DNA of 32,000 bases from Candidatus Pacearchaeota archaeon. GTDB lineage: Archaea; Nanobdellota; Nanobdellia; Pacearchaeales; GW2011-AR1. The stretch is taken from assembly GCA_038869895.1 (NCBI GenBank), contig JAWCQE010000002.1, positions 73,034 to 105,033 of the forward strand. The letters are read 5' to 3'. Within the stretch, counting starts at the first letter, position 1, and each line of letters opens with the position of its first letter. A model generated the notes under the pieces. It made no database searches. It saw only the letters and a list, made by a program, of their open reading frames with translations, and was not told the DNA's origin. Positions 28,215-32,000 of this stretch are shown here, in pieces. The position numbers and the translations under genes are program-made.

Positions 28215-28625
28215 ATGAAGACAAAGTCAATTTATTTTATTGATATGAGAGAATTAAATAATCGTTTAGCAGAAGCCCTTAAGAAAATTCCCGAGTTTAA
28301 AACTCCCGAGTGGGCTTTTTTTGTAAAATCTTCGGTTGCAAGAGAAAGGCCTCCTTTTGACAATGATTTTTGGTATAAAAGAGCTGCGAGTATTTTGAGG
28401 CAGATTTATATAAGAAGGTATGTTGGGGTTAACAGACTTAGAAAAAGATATGGTGGGAGAAAAAATCGGGGGGTTAAACCAGCAAGACATAAAAAGGGTT
28501 CTGGAAAAATTATAAGAACGATAATGCAGCAAGCAGAAAATGCTGGACTTGTTCAAAAAATTGAAAAGCGTGGAAGAAAGCTTAGTGAAAAAGGGAGGCA
28601 GTTAATTGAAAGTATTATAAAATGA
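28215..28625 (+). CDS. rps19e: 30S ribosomal protein S19e
   Basis: PEWAFFVKSSVARERPP...WYKRAASILRQIY...GVNRLRKRYGGRKNRG...GSGKIIR matches eS19. The true start may be the internal Met at MRELNN. Confidence 0.9.
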   Translation: MKTKSIYFIDMRELNNRLAEALKKIPEFKTPEWAFFVKSSVARERPPFDNDFWYKRAASILRQIYIRRYVGVNRLRKRYGGRKNRGVKPARHKKGSGKIIRTIMQQAENAGLVQKIEKRGRKLSEKGRQLIESIIK

Positions 28626-28957
28626 ATGAAAAAGATTACACAATAGGAGGGAAAGAGGATATTAAATCAATTTATTTTAATTTAATTAATCCTAGTCATA
28701 AAGATGGAATAATTAATGGGAGACTTCCAGCAGGTATTTACAAGACTTCAATACCGATTAGGGAAGGAGATTATATGGTTTATAGATTTGGATTAAAGGG
28801 TATCGATTCTATTTTTGAAGTAAGGATATTTTATGATGAAAAAAGAAATGGAATTGAAAGAGCTGACTTTTGTATATTAAAAATAATTTTTGGCTCAGAT
28901 AACGATAGGAAGAGAAGTGAATCTAAACTAAAAGAACTTTTAGGGATTAAACTTTAA
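28622..28957 (+). CDS. Hypothetical protein in the ribosomal-protein operon
   Basis: 111-aa ORF with an ATGA overlap onto the rps19e stop. No motif recognised. Confidence 0.5.
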   Translation: MNEKDYTIGGKEDIKSIYFNLINPSHKDGIINGRLPAGIYKTSIPIREGDYMVYRFGLKGIDSIFEVRIFYDEKRNGIERADFCILKIIFGSDNDRKRSESKLKELLGIKL

Positions 28958-28958
28958 A

Positions 28959-29168
28959 ATGACTAATCCAAAATCACAAAGACAAAAGAAAATCAAACTT
29001 GCAAAAGCTAATAGGTTGACTAAGTGGGCTCCAATATGGGTTGTTATAAAAAAATATGGTAGAGGTAAAAGAATTCATCCTTCAGTTACAACGAGGCAGA
29101 AAAGAAATTGGAGATTTACTAAATTAAAAATAAAACCAAGGAGGATAAAGAAAAAGCATTTAGGATAA
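28959..29168 (+). CDS. rpl39e: 50S ribosomal protein L39e
   Basis: KKIKLAKANRLTKWAPIWVVIKK...RIHP...RNWRFTKLKI matches eL39. Has a short basic C-terminal extension. Confidence 0.85.
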   Translation: MTNPKSQRQKKIKLAKANRLTKWAPIWVVIKKYGRGKRIHPSVTTRQKRNWRFTKLKIKPRRIKKKHLG

Positions 29169-29169
29169 A

Positions 29170-29316
29170 ATGAATAGTGAAAGAAAATCTGCAGAAATAA
29201 TTTTTAAAATGTCTCGCGGGGATTATACTTTTTTAGGAGAATTACCAAGTTATAGTTTAATTAGTGGACTTTGTAGAATTTTTCATTTATCGATGATTTT
29301 AGGAGAGAGTAAATGA
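29170..29316 (+). CDS. Small hypothetical ORF (48 aa), not in the ORF track
   Basis: The ATG lies 1 nt after the rpl39e stop, and an ATGA overlap links it to the next ORF. Supported by packing only. Confidence 0.3.
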   Translation: MNSERKSAEIIFKMSRGDYTFLGELPSYSLISGLCRIFHLSMILGESK

Positions 29317-29636
29317 TGACTAAAAAAGAATTTTATTATTTTGATCTTACAAAGAAGCAAGATGAGATGTTTAGACAAGAAATAAGAGTTCATGATGGTA
29401 CTTACGGAATTACCCCTTTAATTGATGGTTATAGATTAAGGATTCTTGATGGAAATAGGATAAAGATTATTAAAATATTTAGAGGAAATTTACCTTTGTC
29501 TGATGATTTAGTAAGATACTATACTGAATCTACTTGTAAAGAATTTAAATTGGTTATGTTGGTTATTAATAAAGTTATGAAGAATGCACGAGTAACAGAT
29601 TTGAGAGGACTTAAGCTATTGGAGGAGATTATATAA
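29313..29636 (+). CDS. Hypothetical protein in the ribosomal-protein operon
   Basis: 107-aa ORF whose stop abuts the rpl31e ATG. No motif recognised. Confidence 0.45.
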   Translation: MMTKKEFYYFDLTKKQDEMFRQEIRVHDGTYGITPLIDGYRLRILDGNRIKIIKIFRGNLPLSDDLVRYYTESTCKEFKLVMLVINKVMKNARVTDLRGLKLLEEII

Positions 29637-30203
29637 ATGGCAAAAAAAACTATTTCTAACGAGAAAGAATACGTTATCTCTCTTAGACGAGAGATTCTTA
29701 AAGTTCCTAAATACAAAAGAACCCCAAAAGCTATTAAGGCTATAAAACAATTTATCGCCCGCCATATGAGAATTCCAGAAAGAGATTTAAAAAAGGTGAA
29801 GATTGATAGATTTTTGAATGAAGAACTTTGGTTTAGGGGAATCAAAAATCCTATTACAAAAATAAAGGTAAAGGCAAAACGCGATGGAGAATTTATAAGG
29901 GTGGAACTTTTAGAACTTCCTGAAAAACTTAAATATAAAAAGACTCGTGAGGAAAAGGCTAAAAAATCTGCTGAAGAAATTAAAAAGCAAAGAGAAGAAA
30001 GAAAAACTGAAGAAAGCAAAGATAAGAAAATTGAAGAGAAGATAATTGGAGAAGAAAAGAAGGAAGAAAATGATGAAAAGGAGAAATTTACTTCAAGTAT
30101 GGAGATAAAAGAGAAATTTGCAGAACAGAAACATAAAGAGCAAAAGCATGTTAAGAAAGAAGTTTCTCCAAAATCTCAACATAGAATGGCTTTGAAAAAA
30201 TAA
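29637..30203 (+). CDS. rpl31e: 50S ribosomal protein L31e with a long Lys/Glu-rich C-terminal tail
   Basis: YVISLRRE..KVPKYKRTPKAIKAIKQFIARHM...VKIDRFLNEELWFRGIKNP is eL31. About 100 extra KE-rich residues follow. Confidence 0.85.
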   Translation: MAKKTISNEKEYVISLRREILKVPKYKRTPKAIKAIKQFIARHMRIPERDLKKVKIDRFLNEELWFRGIKNPITKIKVKAKRDGEFIRVELLELPEKLKYKKTREEKAKKSAEEIKKQREERKTEESKDKKIEEKIIGEEKKEENDEKEKFTSSMEIKEKFAEQKHKEQKHVKKEVSPKSQHRMALKK

Positions 30204-30280
30204 AATTAGGCAATAATATAAATTTTTAAGTTTTTATTTTATTAAATTAAATTTAAAAATTAAACTTTTTTTAAAGTATA

Positions 30281-30985
30281 ATGTTTGAAAAAATAGAGTC
30301 AGAGCTGAAAATATTAAAAAATCCAGATAGAATCCCAATTTATCAAAATTTTTTTAAAACAGGAAAAGGAGAATATGCTGAAGGAGATGTCTTTTTTGGA
30401 ATTTCAGTTCCTTTACAGAGGAAAATAGCACAAAAATATGTTGGCGCAAGTTTTAATGACGTTAAGAGTTTATTATTGAGTAAAATTCATGAATTTAGGT
30501 TGACAGGATTTTTTATTTTGTTATATAAATTTGAAATAGCAAAAGATGAAAGGGAAAAGAGAGAAATAATTGATTTTTATTTAGATAATATCCATTGTGC
30601 AAATAATTGGGATTTAATAGATTGCGTTGCTCACAAGCTTCTTGGGAGATGGCTAATAGATAAAGATAAGTCTTTGTTGTATAATTATGCTAAATCAGAC
30701 AATTTGTGGAAAAAAAGAATTGCAATCATTTCAACATTACATTTTATTAAAAGTAATAAATTTAGTGATAGTCTGAAAATCTCCAAAATGCTACTTTCTG
30801 ATGACCAGGATTTAATACATAAAGCAGTTGGATGGATACTCAGAGAAATTGGAAAAAGAGATGAAGAAATTTTAAGAGAATTTCTTAAAGAGAATTATTA
30901 TCATATGTCTAGGACAACCTTGAGATATGCGATTGAAAGATTTCCTGAGAGAAAGAGGTTGAATTATCTGAAAGGAAAATTTTAA
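30281..30985 (+). CDS. DNA alkylation repair protein (AlkD/HEAT-like family)
   Basis: FFKTGKGEYAEGDVFFGISVPLQRKIA...NNWDLID...WILREIGKRD matches the DNA-alkylation-repair domain pattern. Confidence 0.7.
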   Translation: MFEKIESELKILKNPDRIPIYQNFFKTGKGEYAEGDVFFGISVPLQRKIAQKYVGASFNDVKSLLLSKIHEFRLTGFFILLYKFEIAKDEREKREIIDFYLDNIHCANNWDLIDCVAHKLLGRWLIDKDKSLLYNYAKSDNLWKKRIAIISTLHFIKSNKFSDSLKISKMLLSDDQDLIHKAVGWILREIGKRDEEILREFLKENYYHMSRTTLRYAIERFPERKRLNYLKGKF

Positions 30986-30986
30986 C

Positions 30987-31127
30987 AACTGAAAACCACC
31001 TGCGGGTTTTCTATCCTGCAACCAATCGAATCCGATATGAGCCTGCTCGGATTCGAACTGAAAACCACCTGCGGGTTTTCTATCCTGCAACCAATCGAAT
31101 CCGATATGAGCCTGCTCGGATTCGAAC
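30987..31127. repeat. 69-bp direct tandem repeat (2 copies plus 3 nt) duplicating the 3' 21 nt of tRNA-Ile and its 48-nt trailer
   Basis: 30987-31055 equals 31056-31124. The tRNA 3' segment TGAGCCTGCTCGGATTCGAAC occurs at 31038-31058 and 31107-31127. Confidence 0.9.
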
Positions 31128-31181
31128 CGAGGACCCCTACCTTATCAGAGTAGTGCTCTAACCTGGCTGAGCTACAGGCTC
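31107..31181 (-). tRNA. tRNA-Ile (anticodon GAU)
   Basis: Reverse complement GAGCCTG...CTACT-CTGATAA-GGTAG...CTCGG-TTCGAAT-CCGAG-CAGGCTC-A. Perfect 7-bp acceptor stem. Confidence 0.9.
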
Positions 31182-31245
31182 ACATTAACTTTAGAAAAAA
31201 ACAATTTATAAGGGTTTTTATTTTAAGAATTATTAAGATGATTAT

Positions 31246-31893
31246 TTACCTCAATCCAAGTTCTAAATTAAGAGATTGTCCTTTCAATTCATATTTTCTT
31301 AGTGGGAGAGAAACATCAAGGTTCTTGACAAAAATTTCTTTTTTTCCAATAGCTTTTATTTCAAATCCATTTTCAAGTTTGTTTATATTTATATCATCAA
31401 TTGAATTAACTCCTGGGAGTTCAATTTCATAGATAACTTTATCGCTTAACCTTCTTACATTAGTTTTTGGTTCTTTCCTTGGAAAATTCTTTACATTGAC
31501 TAATTTTTCATCTCTAATTTTTGGAAGAATTACTTTTTCAGTATTACTTGAAGGAATAACAGAACTTACTTTTATAGGTATTTGTCCAGGTATACCTATA
31601 TGTATTGTAAAATTACTATTTACTATTTTTTTATTCTTTTTTTGTTCTTCCTCTTCCTTTTTAAGTTCTTTATCGAGTTCTATCATTTGTTTTGATAATT
31701 CTTTCATTAATGGCTTCATTAACGCGTTAAAACCAAATGGAAATTTAATACCTAATTCGTCAAAGTCTTTTTTGCCTAAAAATCCATATTCTTTTTCATC
31801 TATTTTACTTGATAAATTAACCCCACAATATGGACAATATTCATATTTTTTGCTTATTTTATTATTGCAGTTAAAACATTTTTTGCCGAACAT
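31246..31893 (-). CDS. Zinc-ribbon plus Hsp20/alpha-crystallin-like domain protein
   Basis: N-terminal CFNC...CPYC ribbon. The C-terminal VIYEIELPGVNSIDDININKLENGFEIKA...LPL resembles an ACD fold signature. Confidence 0.55.
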   Translation of the reverse strand: MFGKKCFNCNNKISKKYEYCPYCGVNLSSKIDEKEYGFLGKKDFDELGIKFPFGFNALMKPLMKELSKQMIELDKELKKEEEEQKKNKKIVNSNFTIHIGIPGQIPIKVSSVIPSSNTEKVILPKIRDEKLVNVKNFPRKEPKTNVRRLSDKVIYEIELPGVNSIDDININKLENGFEIKAIGKKEIFVKNLDVSLPLRKYELKGQSLNLELGLR

Positions 31894-32000
31894 TTGAAAG
31901 ACAAGTAATCTAACTTTATAAATATGTCGATTTAAATTATAACTTAAAGTTAAATAAAATCAAATTTTTAATAATTCGAAAGATAGTTTTATTAATACTT

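Noticed and set aside
29519-30019. 166-aa minus-strand ORF
   Set aside because: It is antisense to rpl31e and its KE-rich tail, and its Ser/Phe/Leu-rich translation is typical of the reverse frame of a lysine/glutamate repeat.
30872-31090. 72-aa ORF and possible CRISPR-like array across the 69-bp repeats
   Set aside because: The ORF is an artefact of reading through the tandem repeat, and its peptide is internally duplicated. There are only two abutting copies with no spacers, so it is not a CRISPR array.

Overview
This is an AT-rich (about 30% GC by eye) archaeal chromosome segment. Its archaeal markers are Kae1, RpoK/Rpo6, ribosomal proteins S19e/L39e/L31e/S10 and pilins with class-III signal peptides. 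The compact gene packing and tailed ribosomal proteins suggest a small-genome DPANN-type archaeon, but that is inference. Most of the window is housekeeping: GroEL/GroES, PEP synthase, thioredoxin reductase, Fe/Mn SOD, SerRS, oligoendopeptidase F, an Obg-family GTPase and four tRNAs. Two visibly GC-richer islands (about 2475-3560 and 13615-15527) stand out. Each carries a gene whose 3' end has hallmarks of a diversity-generating retroelement (DGR) variable repeat. Island 1 also has a nearby A-rich, essentially non-coding second copy of the repeat that could be a template repeat. Island 2 has a C-terminal run of AAY-derived codons. Both genes share a nucleotide-level 3' hairpin element that sits in different reading frames. 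I could not find a reverse transcriptase or Avd-like gene in the 32 kb, so the system would be orphan, trans-acting or decayed. Other notable items are a bacterial-type secretin homologue next to island 2, two pilin paralogues with a 115-bp identical 5' end and unrelated 3' parts, and a 69-bp tandem duplication covering the 3' end of tRNA-Ile. All calls come from reading the sequence and ORF translations by eye; no searches were run.
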